Shown: piece after piece, positions 28,157-37,045 of the stretch
Position numbering within the stretch: position 1 is the stretch's first letter
Layout: every line of letters begins with the position of its first letter
Virus record (IMG/VR): IMGVR_UViG_3300032285_002783
Coordinates: 1 to 37,045 of that record
Origin: a virus
Lineage: Duplodnaviria > Caudoviricetes
Direction: 5' to 3' (one strand)
Length of the DNA stretch: 37,045 nt
The notes under the pieces: model-generated
The model's database searches: none
Told to the model about the DNA's origin: nothing
The model's input: only the letters and a program-made list of their open reading frames with translations
Position numbers and translations under genes: made by a program

Positions 28157-28327
28157 CTACTCCCCTTTGTTAAGTTTATTAAGACCCACTACTTCTCTGC
28201 GCTTTGCTTGTCTCTTCATGATGACGATAGCCCTTGCACCGTACTTGTTGCCTGATTTAGGAGCGCAACATGAGCATGAGAACCCCCCATGCCCAATGAC
28301 CGTGAAACGTTTGTAATTACCTTTCAT
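28157..28327 (-). CDS. Small basic Cys-cluster protein (56 aa)
   Basis: MKGNYKRF...GHGGFSCSCCAP; AAGGGGA RBS; manual translation. Confidence 0.5.
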   Translation of the reverse strand: MKGNYKRFTVIGHGGFSCSCCAPKSGNKYGARAIVIMKRQAKRREVVGLNKLNKGE

Positions 28328-28336
28328 GATTCCCCC

Positions 28337-29893
28337 TTATGCTACTAGTTTGATTTGTTTAAACGATGCGGTTGCCAACTCTTTGATTTTCAAAATGTTG
28401 ACGTGCTTGTCATAGACCTTTGCCACATCGACCCCGATACCCACACCAACCGTTGTGATGCCTGAGCGGTTGCCTTGGTTGATCTGTTGCTTGACCATGT
28501 CAACGTGACCCTCGCCATCGGTCAACACAAAGCACACCTTGCGAGTCTCAGGGCGAGCAAGCAATTGCTCATGAGCGAACCTGATGGCAAAGTAATCATT
28601 GGTCGAACCGCCTGTGTTGAAACGTCTCATGATGTTCTTAGCCTTAATGACAGGGGTGTTGAAAGGTATCAGCACCGATGTGTACTGATCAAATGTGATC
28701 ACTTGCACCGCCACGCCCGCCTGAGTCAATGTCTCATAGAGTGCATAGGTTGTCTCAATAGCCAGTTGATCTTTGTTTCTCTCATCCATCGACCCTGATG
28801 CATCGAGGACAATCGACACCGCAGAATTGATACCGCCCTCTTCATGATGACGTTTAAACACATGTACATTACCAGTGCTGATCGATGCGAGCGCAGAGGT
28901 GTTGATCTTGCCTGATCTGCGTCCCATTTGGAATTCATCAAGCCCGCTATTCTCGAACAACATTCTCACCTCATGTCTAAGCTTGCTCGGCACGTTGACG
29001 TTGATCTCTCTAAAAGCTTGGTGCTTTGTGTGGTAACCACTGTCCTCCAAATTAACGTCCTTCGAGTAACAACCAAGACCGCCCTTTTCTTTCGGCACAT
29101 CTGCGGTTGGCTCGACTTCACGTGCTTGCTGACCACGCACTGGGCGGGTTGCTACAGGCTTGTTTGAGCCGTTTTCGCCATCAGGTGTACTCTCACCCTC
29201 ACCCTCGCCCTCTTGATCGCCTGTAGAGGGTTCTGAGCCGTCCTGAGTGCCTTTTTCGGGGGTAGGGTTGCCCTTGGGGTTGGGGTTGGTCGGTGCTTGC
29301 TCGGGCAGTTGCATCAATTGCTCATAAACCCACTCAGCTATCGCCAAGGTGTCATAAGAGCTATTCGCAGAATCAACCCGATCACTTGCGTGTTGGAAAA
29401 TCTCTTCAAGTCCCTGAGCCAAGGGTACTGGTTTCGCATATCTACGTCCAACGCAAGCCAAGGCAAATGGATATTGAGCGGGATCTGCCCAGTCGATGCC
29501 GTGACCCTCGCTCTCAGCAATGATCTGATTGATCAGCTTGGTGAAGATCGACTCGACATTACCAAGCATCGTGTTGCTAATGGCTTTGCGCTCAATCCAA
29601 ATGTCTTCTACTGCATTGTGCAACTTATCTAAATATTGGTCATTGCCACGTACACTGAAGTCAGTGTACTTGACATGGCACAACTCATGAATGACAAAAC
29701 CAACGTAACGCTCGAGGAAAGCCTGAGAGAAAACCGCATCATCTGCGACATCTGCCAACTCGACAACACCGTTGGAATAGACTCGGGCAGTTGAGATGTT
29801 CGACCACTTGATGTGTCTGATTTTCAGAGATGAATTGCTAGAAATTTTGCGGAGGATATTTTCAACCGCTGATTTGAATACGTGACCTTGCAT
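28337..29893 (-). CDS. CobT-like vWA protein with N-terminal HExxH domain
   Basis: HELCH...NAVED; acidic linker; MIDAS DASGS...T...LTDG. Confidence 0.85.
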   Translation of the reverse strand: MQGHVFKSAVENILRKISSNSSLKIRHIKWSNISTARVYSNGVVELADVADDAVFSQAFLERYVGFVIHELCHVKYTDFSVRGNDQYLDKLHNAVEDIWIERKAISNTMLGNVESIFTKLINQIIAESEGHGIDWADPAQYPFALACVGRRYAKPVPLAQGLEEIFQHASDRVDSANSSYDTLAIAEWVYEQLMQLPEQAPTNPNPKGNPTPEKGTQDGSEPSTGDQEGEGEGESTPDGENGSNKPVATRPVRGQQAREVEPTADVPKEKGGLGCYSKDVNLEDSGYHTKHQAFREINVNVPSKLRHEVRMLFENSGLDEFQMGRRSGKINTSALASISTGNVHVFKRHHEEGGINSAVSIVLDASGSMDERNKDQLAIETTYALYETLTQAGVAVQVITFDQYTSVLIPFNTPVIKAKNIMRRFNTGGSTNDYFAIRFAHEQLLARPETRKVCFVLTDGEGHVDMVKQQINQGNRSGITTVGVGIGVDVAKVYDKHVNILKIKELATASFKQIKLVA

Positions 29894-29904
29894 AGTGTTT
29901 CCCC

Positions 29905-31296
29905 TTAGATTAATGATTTAATGTGTGATTCGTTTAAACATGCGCTCATGATGCCCTTGAGTGCAATCCCTGAATCCTCTACCTGTCTATTGACCATGAC
30001 CAAGTCCCATGCATCAGAGACCGAATGGTAGGGGAGCATCTCCACGAACCCGATCACTTGACGGATCGAGGGTGCATCGAGGATGTCCCCTGTCTCAACC
30101 TTGGCACGTGCAACCCTGATTGCTTTGATCACATGCTCGGCAAGCTCAAGCTTGCACCCTGTATGATTTACAACCGCTCTCACCTCGAGGTCAAAGGGGA
30201 GGTGAGTAAACTTGATCACGGCAGTGAACCGATCAGCCAGTGCCGTGTTGGTTGTGCGAGTCCCCGCATAACGTCCTGATGTATCACCATTCAAGAGTGT
30301 ATTGTCAGCCCCGAAAACCATCACGCCTGTGGCTCGAGTCCATGTCGAACCCCCATAGGTCACTTTGGCGTTTGGCTCAAGAAAACCATTCAAGGGTGCA
30401 AGCTCGCCTTGGTCTGCATTGGTGATCTCATCGAGCAAGATCACGGTTGAGGGTGCAGTGTAAGCACGTAGGAAGTCACCCTGTTTAAACACGGTTGCAC
30501 CATTCTCCAATCCAACATCACCGAGGTAATCGGATGCAGTGGTGTACTTGTGGAAGTTGTACCTCATGAACCCTCTGCCTGTGCGGGCTGAGAATTGCTC
30601 TGCGGTCTGTGATTTGCCTGTACCCTTTTCGCCCCCGAACCATGTATTGCGTCCAGTGTCCTGAGCGAAAGCCAAGGTGCGGAGGATCGACTCATCCCAA
30701 ATAAAATGGGGGTCAATTGCGGGGGCGGTTGGGTCATTGTAAATATCAAACTCGAGGGGGAGGTCAAGACCGAACACCTCAAGCGCTGACTTGCGGTCTA
30801 CCACGTGGACGTTGGACATGTTGACCACAATGGACTCAGCCCCCGCATCTTTCACCGCTTGTTTAAACGGTTTGAACGCCTTGTCTAAAAGCACCGTCAA
30901 CTTGCGGTCAACCTCAGCTTGATCAACCCCAATGTTCACCTCAGCTAGTGACTCGATTGACTCTTGAATAGTCGCAAGGGTTTTCTCTTGACCCGCCAAC
31001 GCCACTTGCAAGGCACTGATTTTCTCGACTGATTCGAGGGCGAGGGACTGCGCTTTATTCGCCACTGACTCAACCGCAGAGGTGTTGCCTGTGCTAGTGA
31101 CGTGGGGGGCAAAGGGCAGTGAACCGACTACATCAGCCAATGTGAGTTTGCCCGCATCGATTTGGGCATTCAACCACGTGATCATGGTTGACTTTTCATT
31201 CATGCCAAGAGGGGCGTTGCCTGAGTATTTTGCGAATGCACCTTGCACGGTTGCAAGTGGTAGCACCGTCATTGCTTGTTTGTCTTGAAAACTCAT
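29905..31296 (-). CDS. MoxR/CbbQ/CobS-like AAA+ ATPase
   Basis: Walker A GEKGTGKS, Walker B ILLDE, ADNT, ALADRF, PSIR. Confidence 0.85.
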   Translation of the reverse strand: MSFQDKQAMTVLPLATVQGAFAKYSGNAPLGMNEKSTMITWLNAQIDAGKLTLADVVGSLPFAPHVTSTGNTSAVESVANKAQSLALESVEKISALQVALAGQEKTLATIQESIESLAEVNIGVDQAEVDRKLTVLLDKAFKPFKQAVKDAGAESIVVNMSNVHVVDRKSALEVFGLDLPLEFDIYNDPTAPAIDPHFIWDESILRTLAFAQDTGRNTWFGGEKGTGKSQTAEQFSARTGRGFMRYNFHKYTTASDYLGDVGLENGATVFKQGDFLRAYTAPSTVILLDEITNADQGELAPLNGFLEPNAKVTYGGSTWTRATGVMVFGADNTLLNGDTSGRYAGTRTTNTALADRFTAVIKFTHLPFDLEVRAVVNHTGCKLELAEHVIKAIRVARAKVETGDILDAPSIRQVIGFVEMLPYHSVSDAWDLVMVNRQVEDSGIALKGIMSACLNESHIKSLI

Positions 31297-31305
31297 GGTG
31301 TCCCC

Positions 31306-31896
31306 TTAAACCAAAACTAAAGTAGTGCCATCAATAGGGCAAGCGGGTAAACCCATTTTTGCCCACTTGGAAGAAAGTCGAATTGAATAGCAGTGATTGC
31401 CTTTAGCATCCACGCAAGGGCATTTGGCAGAGAGCATACGTGTGCCTTGAGTCTTGACCTGAGAGTAAGACACCTCAGCATGTGGGTACTTGCCCAATGA
31501 GTCGATGATCGCACCGTACATGGTCAGGAATTGGAGCGAACCCGAGGTACGTTTGTAACCCTTGGTAGGGTGAGGGACTAAGCCCATGTTGTCGGCTATT
31601 TTCTGAAAGGTGACACCTCGAGAAAATGCACCGTCAGTGGTACGGCACAACTCATGAATGGTCAACTCCGCAACCGTCTTTTCTACGGCAACCTCGGGAG
31701 AGATAAAGATCTCCCAATGATTGTCCCGACTGTTGTTGGTAGGGAACACGTCCGACAATGCCTTTGAACGCTTGGCGTTGAGGGGAAAACCACAGGTAAT
31801 GCGAACCGCCTGTGGTAGGGGTTGACCGTACAGGTCAAACATGGGACGCACCTCGCTGATAAAAGCGTTGAGGTACTCTTCTCGGGTATTGAACAT
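31306..31896 (-). CDS. SprT-like zinc metallopeptidase homolog
   Basis: EIFISP...IHELCR (degenerate HExxH); C-terminal TRML..CPC...CY...W..GLPACP; GGAGAG RBS before MFNTREE. Confidence 0.6.
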   Translation of the reverse strand: MFNTREEYLNAFISEVRPMFDLYGQPLPQAVRITCGFPLNAKRSKALSDVFPTNNSRDNHWEIFISPEVAVEKTVAELTIHELCRTTDGAFSRGVTFQKIADNMGLVPHPTKGYKRTSGSLQFLTMYGAIIDSLGKYPHAEVSYSQVKTQGTRMLSAKCPCVDAKGNHCYSIRLSSKWAKMGLPACPIDGTTLVLV

Positions 31897-31959
31897 AAGA
31901 CTCTCCAAAAATACTGGTGAAATTACCAGTGACATGCCCCAAGGCATGTCGCTAGAAAC

Positions 31960-32103
31960 TTAAGCGTATGCACGATCCTTTCTAAACTTGCGGTTGATGC
32001 ATTGGGTGTAAGTGCCAGTGAAAAAGATCACATAGCCTGAGCGTTCGAGGTCACCTCGACACACAATAATGTTACCGTGGCGGTCAATTTGAGCAGTGTA
32101 CAT
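31960..32103 (-). CDS. Small early protein (47 aa)
   Basis: AGGAG RBS before MYTAQIDRHGNIIVC. Confidence 0.55.
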   Translation of the reverse strand: MYTAQIDRHGNIIVCRGDLERSGYVIFFTGTYTQCINRKFRKDRAYA

Positions 32104-32165
32104 AAAATCTCCTAAAGCACTGGGAAAATTACCAGTGACAAACCCGTAGGCTTGTCGCTGAAAAC

Positions 32166-32393
32166 TCAATTCCAAATTGTCCAAGTAGCATTCTCTGAAT
32201 CAAATTCATGGTGATACACCCACAATTTTTTACCATTGGCAGTGACAAACCCCCACTGCCCTTGCTCAAAAAAAGTCGATGGGCAGAGGGTAACGGTGCG
32301 GGTTATCTCGCAGAAACCGTGGCGAGCAGTTGCCAACTTGCCATCAAAGTGCTTGCGGTTTTCTAGCCAAGTCACAATAATTTTTGCTCTCAT
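32166..32393 (-). CDS. Small early protein
   Basis: AAGGGAG RBS; flanked by stem-loop repeats. Confidence 0.55.
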   Translation of the reverse strand: MRAKIIVTWLENRKHFDGKLATARHGFCEITRTVTLCPSTFFEQGQWGFVTANGKKLWVYHHEFDSENATWTIWN

Positions 32394-32455
32394 TGATTCT
32401 CCCTTGTGTTAGTGCGACATTGCACTGGTGAACCTATTGGCTCACCGCTGAAATG

Positions 32456-32671
32456 TCAGGCTCGGATCAGCTTAAGTTGGCTTTGAGCAAAGGCACACAA
32501 AGCGGTATGTAACTTTGAATCTTTGCGAACCTTGCGTCCTGTGAGGTTTTCATATACTTCATCGGCATCACCATCCCATTTTTTGATTTCTACACAATAC
32601 TGGTCATTGTTTTTTTCAATTACAAAAACATCTTTAGATCCCCAACCAGTGTCAACGCTGATAACTTTCAT
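32456..32671 (-). CDS. Small early protein
   Basis: GGAG RBS before MKVISVDTGWG; flanked by stem-loop repeats. Confidence 0.55.
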   Translation of the reverse strand: MKVISVDTGWGSKDVFVIEKNNDQYCVEIKKWDGDADEVYENLTGRKVRKDSKLHTALCAFAQSQLKLIRA

Positions 32672-32735
32672 ATTTAAGATCTCCGATACCGTGGAACATA
32701 CCACTGATAAGCCTAGAGGGCTTATCGCTAGAATG

Positions 32736-32888
32736 TCAAACTGATTGAACACGCCCCGAATAATTATTTGATGGTGAATATTTTTGGTATTCATTTGGGT
32801 TTGTATTGCCTTGCTCTTTTAGTTGTGCAAGATAAGCTTTCTGATCAGCATCAGAGAGTCTTAAAAAAGCTATTGTGTCTTGATTCAT
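32736..32888 (-). CDS. First early ORF (50 aa)
   Basis: AAGGGGA RBS; MNQDTIAFLRLSDADQKAYL...; manual translation. Confidence 0.45.
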   Translation of the reverse strand: MNQDTIAFLRLSDADQKAYLAQLKEQGNTNPNEYQKYSPSNNYSGRVQSV

Positions 32889-32959
32889 GTAATCCCCTTT
32901 TTGTGTTTAAACTAATTGCCTTACCAACCTACAACGTGACTGTATCACTATTGGTTGAC

Positions 32960-32988
32960 ATGATAATATTAATATTGAATTATTACAA
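32960..32988 (-). promoter_or_regulatory. Putative sigma70 early promoter
   Basis: TTGTAA-17 bp-TATCAT on the minus strand with AT-rich upstream sequence. Confidence 0.5.
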
Positions 32989-33297
32989 CATTGTAATCAA
33001 AATAATTTACAGGCACTGCATTTATATTAGTAGCACAGGAAAATGGTGTTTGTGTATCTAAGTATTCATTTTGTAGGTAAAGCATAAGCCATGCCAATGG
33101 CGATATTGGTTGTCAAATGCAACTAATTTAAACGGGCTACAAGGCGTTTTTGGGGTCTCAGGCTACCTTACCATTAGAAAATAATTTTAAACGATCCTGA
33201 GCGGTTCTGAGAGGTTTAGAGAACTATAGTATTACAGGTGTATTTTGAATATAGATGTACTACAATGCATAGGTAAATTGATTACATTTGAGGGACA

Positions 33298-33372
33298 TGT
33301 GTATAAAGCTGGGTATAAGCTGTGGATAACATCCTGTGGATAACTTTTAACTTATGCACAGGGTGTGGATAA
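33298..33372. promoter_or_regulatory. DnaA-box cluster
   Basis: TGTGGATAA at 33321, 33335, 33364; TGTGTATAA at 33298; near matches at 33310 and 33352. Confidence 0.75.
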
Positions 33373-33376
33373 GGTG

Positions 33377-33404
33377 TTGACAAGAACGACACTGTTTATA
33401 TAAT
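33377..33404 (+). promoter_or_regulatory. Consensus sigma70 promoter for terS
   Basis: TTGACA-16 bp-TATAAT. Confidence 0.65.
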
Positions 33405-33451
33405 CAGTTCCAGTGAGTGCGTGGTCATATTAATTAGGGGAGTGTTTAAAC

Positions 33452-34090
33452 ATGAACAAAACGACAAGCGAAGACTACTTGGCAAAGCTTGAAGAGCTTG
33501 ACCAAATTGATCAGGTATTGGATGCGGGGCAACTCAGCGTAGCGGATCGGTTGGCACTGAACGCAGAGAGTCCTAAGATACGTAAGGATGGTCAACCTGT
33601 AGGATCAGAGCATAAGAGACAACGTCCGTTGACTGCACAACAAATGGCATTCGCAAACTGTCTTATCAGAGGAGCAACCCTCAAGGTTGCGTACAGGGAA
33701 AGCTATCCAAACTCACAGGCAACAGATGCTTGCGTCATGGCAAATGCTAGTAAGCTCGCCAAAGATGTAAGGATCAAGAGGATCGTCAACGATGGAGTGG
33801 AAGAGACCATTGAGCATTTGAGTGAGGATGTGGCGAGTACAAAACGGTATGTATTGAAACAACTTCTTGCACATAGCAAAGATGCTCGACAAGAAGGCAC
33901 GAAATTAAAAGCACTGGAACTGCTTGGGAAGTCGGTCGGTCTCTTCATCGACAAGACGCAGACTGAGGTTAAGCAGTCAACGCCTGATCAATTGAAGAGA
34001 GAGCTTGCCACGCACTTAAAGCTCTTGGACAACGTCAAGCCCAAGCGCAGTGATGCTCCCTCTACTGGCATCTCGCCAACGCTCCAGTGA
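33452..34090 (+). CDS. terS: Terminase small subunit-like protein
   Basis: LTAQQMAFA...AYRESY...NASKL HTH; KLKALELLGKSVGLF; upstream of TerL. Confidence 0.7.
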   Translation: MNKTTSEDYLAKLEELDQIDQVLDAGQLSVADRLALNAESPKIRKDGQPVGSEHKRQRPLTAQQMAFANCLIRGATLKVAYRESYPNSQATDACVMANASKLAKDVRIKRIVNDGVEETIEHLSEDVASTKRYVLKQLLAHSKDARQEGTKLKALELLGKSVGLFIDKTQTEVKQSTPDQLKRELATHLKLLDNVKPKRSDAPSTGISPTLQ

Positions 34091-34267
34091 TGGCGTGTAA
34101 ACGGCTTGCGTGTAAACGTCAGGGGCGACACCCCACCGTACCGCCACCCCCCGTCCAGCCTTGCAACGTCCCTCCTGCCTACTGCTCACTAATCCGCTCC
34201 TACAAATACCCCCCATATCATTTCTAATCGCCCTACCCCCACCCCTATATATTTTTTAAAAAAAGAC

Positions 34268-34296
34268 TTGCGAACGTTCTCACATGCGTTTAAACT
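34268..34296 (+). promoter_or_regulatory. Putative sigma70 promoter
   Basis: TTGCGA-17 bp-TAAACT; the -10 overlaps a GTTTAAAC site. Confidence 0.45.
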
Positions 34297-34316
34297 ATGT
34301 ACTGGAGGAATAAACA

Positions 34317-34559
34317 GTGAAAGCTTCGGTGACTGAAAAAGATAGATTGGTGTTGGACTTCATCAAGGCGTATACCCGTTTACACGGTATAGCGCCGTCT
34401 TATGCTGTTGTAGCCCGGGGATTGGGTATGAAGTCTAAAAGCAATATACATAGGGTTATCCATAAGCTGATCAATGAAGGCGCAGTTCTTATCAAACCAC
34501 ATAAAGCGAGAAGTGTTAGGGTACTGGATAGATCTGTTAAAGAGATATCTAGGCTATGA
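34317..34559 (+). CDS. LexA N-terminal-like winged-helix regulator (no protease domain)
   Basis: LDFIKAY..HGIAPSY...GLGMKSKSNIHR..HKL..EG...ARSV; GGAGG RBS. Confidence 0.8.
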   Translation: MKASVTEKDRLVLDFIKAYTRLHGIAPSYAVVARGLGMKSKSNIHRVIHKLINEGAVLIKPHKARSVRVLDRSVKEISRL

Positions 34560-34593
34560 CGCTGCTGAGCATGCCAATGCGAGGAGCAATGTT

Positions 34594-36093
34594 ATGACAT
34601 TGCTCACCAAGACGGAGATAGCTGGCTACCTATCTATAGTGGATAAGGTAGAGGAAGCGGAGCAGAACAAGATAAGACAATTATTGGAGTATGACAGGGT
34701 AGAGAGGTGCAGGGAGTCTTTTATCTTCTTTGCTTCTCAGATGTGGCCCGTGTTTATATCGGGTAAGCATCACCAGATCATGGCAGATGCTTTTGAGAGA
34801 GTGGCTGCTGGAGAGTTAAAGAGGTTGATTATCAATATGCCTCCTCGGCATACCAAGTCTGAGTTTGCTTCTTATCTGTTACCTTCGTGGTTTTTGGGTA
34901 AATATCCGGAGAAAAAGATTATCCAGACTGCACACACCGCAGAATTAGCTGTTGGATTTGGTAGGAAAGTTAGGAACTTGGTAGGGTCAGATGAATATAA
35001 AAAGGTATTTGAAACGAAGCTATCTTCGGATAGCAAGGCTGCTGGACGATGGAACACTCATATGGGCGGGGACTACTTTGCTATCGGTGTTGGCGGTGCT
35101 GTTACAGGTAAAGGCGCAGATTTATTGATCATTGATGATCCACATTCGGAGCAGGAAGCCAAGCAAGGCAATCCTGCGGTGTTTGATAATGTGTATGAAT
35201 GGTATACCTCTGGCCCTAGACAGCGTTTACAGCCCGGTGGAGCTATTATTATTGTGATGACTCGCTGGTCTAAGAGGGATTTGACTGGGCAAATCCTTAA
35301 GAATCAGTCAAAAGAGGGTGTAGATCAGTGGGAGATCATTGATTTTCCTGCTATTTTGCCGTCAGGAACTCCTTTATGGCCCGGGTTTTGGTCAAAAGAT
35401 GCCCTAGAAGCCTTGAAAAGTGAGTTGCCAGTCTCAAAATGGGAAGCGCAGTACCAACAGAACCCCACATCTGAAGAAGGTGCGATCATCAAGAGGGATA
35501 TGTGGAAAATTTGGGAAGATGAGACACCGCCAAGCTGTGATTATTTGATTCAAAGCTGGGATACAGCGTTTGAGAAGTCAAACAGGGCAGATTATTCTGC
35601 TTGTACCACATGGGGAGTGTTCTACCATCCAGATTCCCGTGGCAATGCAAAGCCAAATATAATATTATTGGATGCGTTTAAACAAAGAATGGAGTTTCCT
35701 GAACTTAAATCAAAAGCTATGGAGTTATGGAAGCTATGGAATCCAGACACCTTGATTATTGAGAAGAAAGCTGCTGGAGCGCCTTTGATTTATGAGCTTA
35801 GAAGGATGGGAATTCCTTTATCGGAGTATACGCCGGGCAAAGGAAGCGATAAGATAGCCCGTGTAAACGCAATATCTGATCTATTTGCTTCGGGTGCAGT
35901 GTGGTGTCCAGATACAAGATGGGCGGATGAGGTCATGGAAGAGATGGCATCTTTTCCCAACGGAGACCATGATGACCTTGTTGACTCAAGCTCTCAGGCT
36001 TTGTTGCGTTTCAGACAAGGAGGGTTTATCACCATCGATTCAGATGAAGAGGATGAACCTATCTATTACAGACGTAAATTGGAGTATTACTAA
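34594..36093 (+). CDS. terL: Terminase large subunit
   Basis: INMPPRHTKSE Walker A, LIIDDP Walker B, QSWDTA nuclease motif, HDDLVDS; GAGGAG RBS. Confidence 0.92.
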   Translation: MTLLTKTEIAGYLSIVDKVEEAEQNKIRQLLEYDRVERCRESFIFFASQMWPVFISGKHHQIMADAFERVAAGELKRLIINMPPRHTKSEFASYLLPSWFLGKYPEKKIIQTAHTAELAVGFGRKVRNLVGSDEYKKVFETKLSSDSKAAGRWNTHMGGDYFAIGVGGAVTGKGADLLIIDDPHSEQEAKQGNPAVFDNVYEWYTSGPRQRLQPGGAIIIVMTRWSKRDLTGQILKNQSKEGVDQWEIIDFPAILPSGTPLWPGFWSKDALEALKSELPVSKWEAQYQQNPTSEEGAIIKRDMWKIWEDETPPSCDYLIQSWDTAFEKSNRADYSACTTWGVFYHPDSRGNAKPNIILLDAFKQRMEFPELKSKAMELWKLWNPDTLIIEKKAAGAPLIYELRRMGIPLSEYTPGKGSDKIARVNAISDLFASGAVWCPDTRWADEVMEEMASFPNGDHDDLVDSSSQALLRFRQGGFITIDSDEEDEPIYYRRKLEYY

Positions 36094-37045
36094 TGAGCAT
36101 CGACAAAGCTTTATACCAAGCCCCAGAGGGGATTGATTCACCAGATATACAGATTGAGATAGAGGATCCCGAGGCGGTATCCATCCACGCAGGCGGTATT
36201 GATATTGAACTGGAGCCGGGTCAAGACTACAGCGGAGACTTTGGTCAGAACCTTGCCAAGGTTTTAGATGAAAGAGTTCTACAGTCTATTGGTTCTGAAT
36301 TGGTTGGACTAATAGACGCAGACATTAATTCAAGGGCAGACTGGGCTGAGACCTATGTCAAAGGTTTAGAGGTTCTGGGGTTGAAGTATGAGGAAAGAAC
36401 AGAGCCTTGGAACGGAGCCTGTGGTGTTTATTCCACAGTTCTTACCGAAGCTGGTATTCGTTTCCAAGCTGAGTCCATCATGGAGTCTTTTCCTGCTGCT
36501 GGGCCAGTTAAGTCAGAGATCTTTGGCAATCCTTCTAAAGAAGATGAACAGGCTGCGGTTCGTGTTGAGACCGACATGAATTACAAAATCACAGAGAAGA
36601 TGCCTGAGTACAGACCAGAACATGAGAGGTTGTTGTTTGGTTTAGGTTTATCAGGCTCAGGATTTAAGAAAGTCTATGATGATCCTATCCTTGGTAGGGG
36701 AGTTTCCAGCTATGTCACCTCAGAAGATGTGATTGTCCCTTACGGTGCTTCTAGTCTTAGGACAGCAGAACGTGTCACGCACGTGATGCGTAAGACAAAA
36801 AATGAATTAAAGAAGCTCCAAGCCAGCGGGTTCTATAGAGATTTAGATCTCGGGGAACCCACCAACATCATGTCTGACATCGAAAAGAAGAAAGCAACCC
36901 AACAGGGTTACAAAGCTTTGGACGATGATAGATATCAATTCCTAGAGATCTGCACAGACTGGGACATTGAAGGCTTAGAAGATCTGGATAAAGATGGAGA
37001 GCCTACAGGGATTGCTGTGCCTTATGTCATCACCATAGACAGGGG
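36093..37045 (+). CDS. Portal protein, 3' truncated
   Basis: TAATG coupling to terL; MSIDKALYQAP...SRADW...EERTEPWNGACGV...RFQAE...FPAAGPVK...LSGSGFKKVY. Confidence 0.85.
   Translation, partial: MSIDKALYQAPEGIDSPDIQIEIEDPEAVSIHAGGIDIELEPGQDYSGDFGQNLAKVLDERVLQSIGSELVGLIDADINSRADWAETYVKGLEVLGLKYEERTEPWNGACGVYSTVLTEAGIRFQAESIMESFPAAGPVKSEIFGNPSKEDEQAAVRVETDMNYKITEKMPEYRPEHERLLFGLGLSGSGFKKVYDDPILGRGVSSYVTSEDVIVPYGASSLRTAERVTHVMRKTKNELKKLQASGFYRDLDLGEPTNIMSDIEKKKATQQGYKALDDDRYQFLEICTDWDIEGLEDLDKDGEPTGIAVPYVITIDR

Larger units (their letters stand above)
31913..32737 (-). repeat. Four dispersed intergenic stem-loop repeats (31913-31959, 32118-32165, 32411-32455, 32690-32735)
   Basis: Each begins right after a stop codon with TTTCTAGCG/TTTCAGCG-like sequence, forms an imperfect stem and ends just before the next RBS. 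Confidence 0.7.

Noticed and set aside
34125-34250. Second GGY-NN array in the C-rich tract
   Set aside because: The phase holds for only about 3 periods and the hairpin handle is absent

Overview
About 37 kb of a tailed dsDNA phage with podovirus-like architecture; no integrase, DNA polymerase or host genes are visible. From the left: the end of a tail/stabilisation gene and internal virion (ejection) genes, including a 2956-aa polyvalent protein (1-15111, +). Next is a leftward operon of small ORFs plus recombination genes (SSB-like, Sak/Rad52-like, PD-(D/E)XK exonuclease; 15086-22191, -). Then come a RusA-like resolvase, a structured non-coding block and a primase-helicase (22211-25704, +), and a leftward early operon with a MoxR-type AAA+/vWA pair (25954-32888, -). 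A DnaA-box control region precedes TerS, a LexA-like gene, TerL and portal (33452-end, +). The standout is 17414-19003 (-): five ~100-nt non-coding units, each a strict 5-nt-period (GGY-NN)n tract followed by two covarying hairpins. They lie directly upstream of a solitary RAMP/Cas7-like gene and a coupled accessory gene, making a candidate phage RNA-guided system that is not CRISPR. Other oddities: about 37 GTTTAAAC sites, overprinted ORFs inside the polyvalent gene, hairpin-delimited early gene cassettes and a c4-like RNA. All family calls are by-eye motif recognition; no searches were run.
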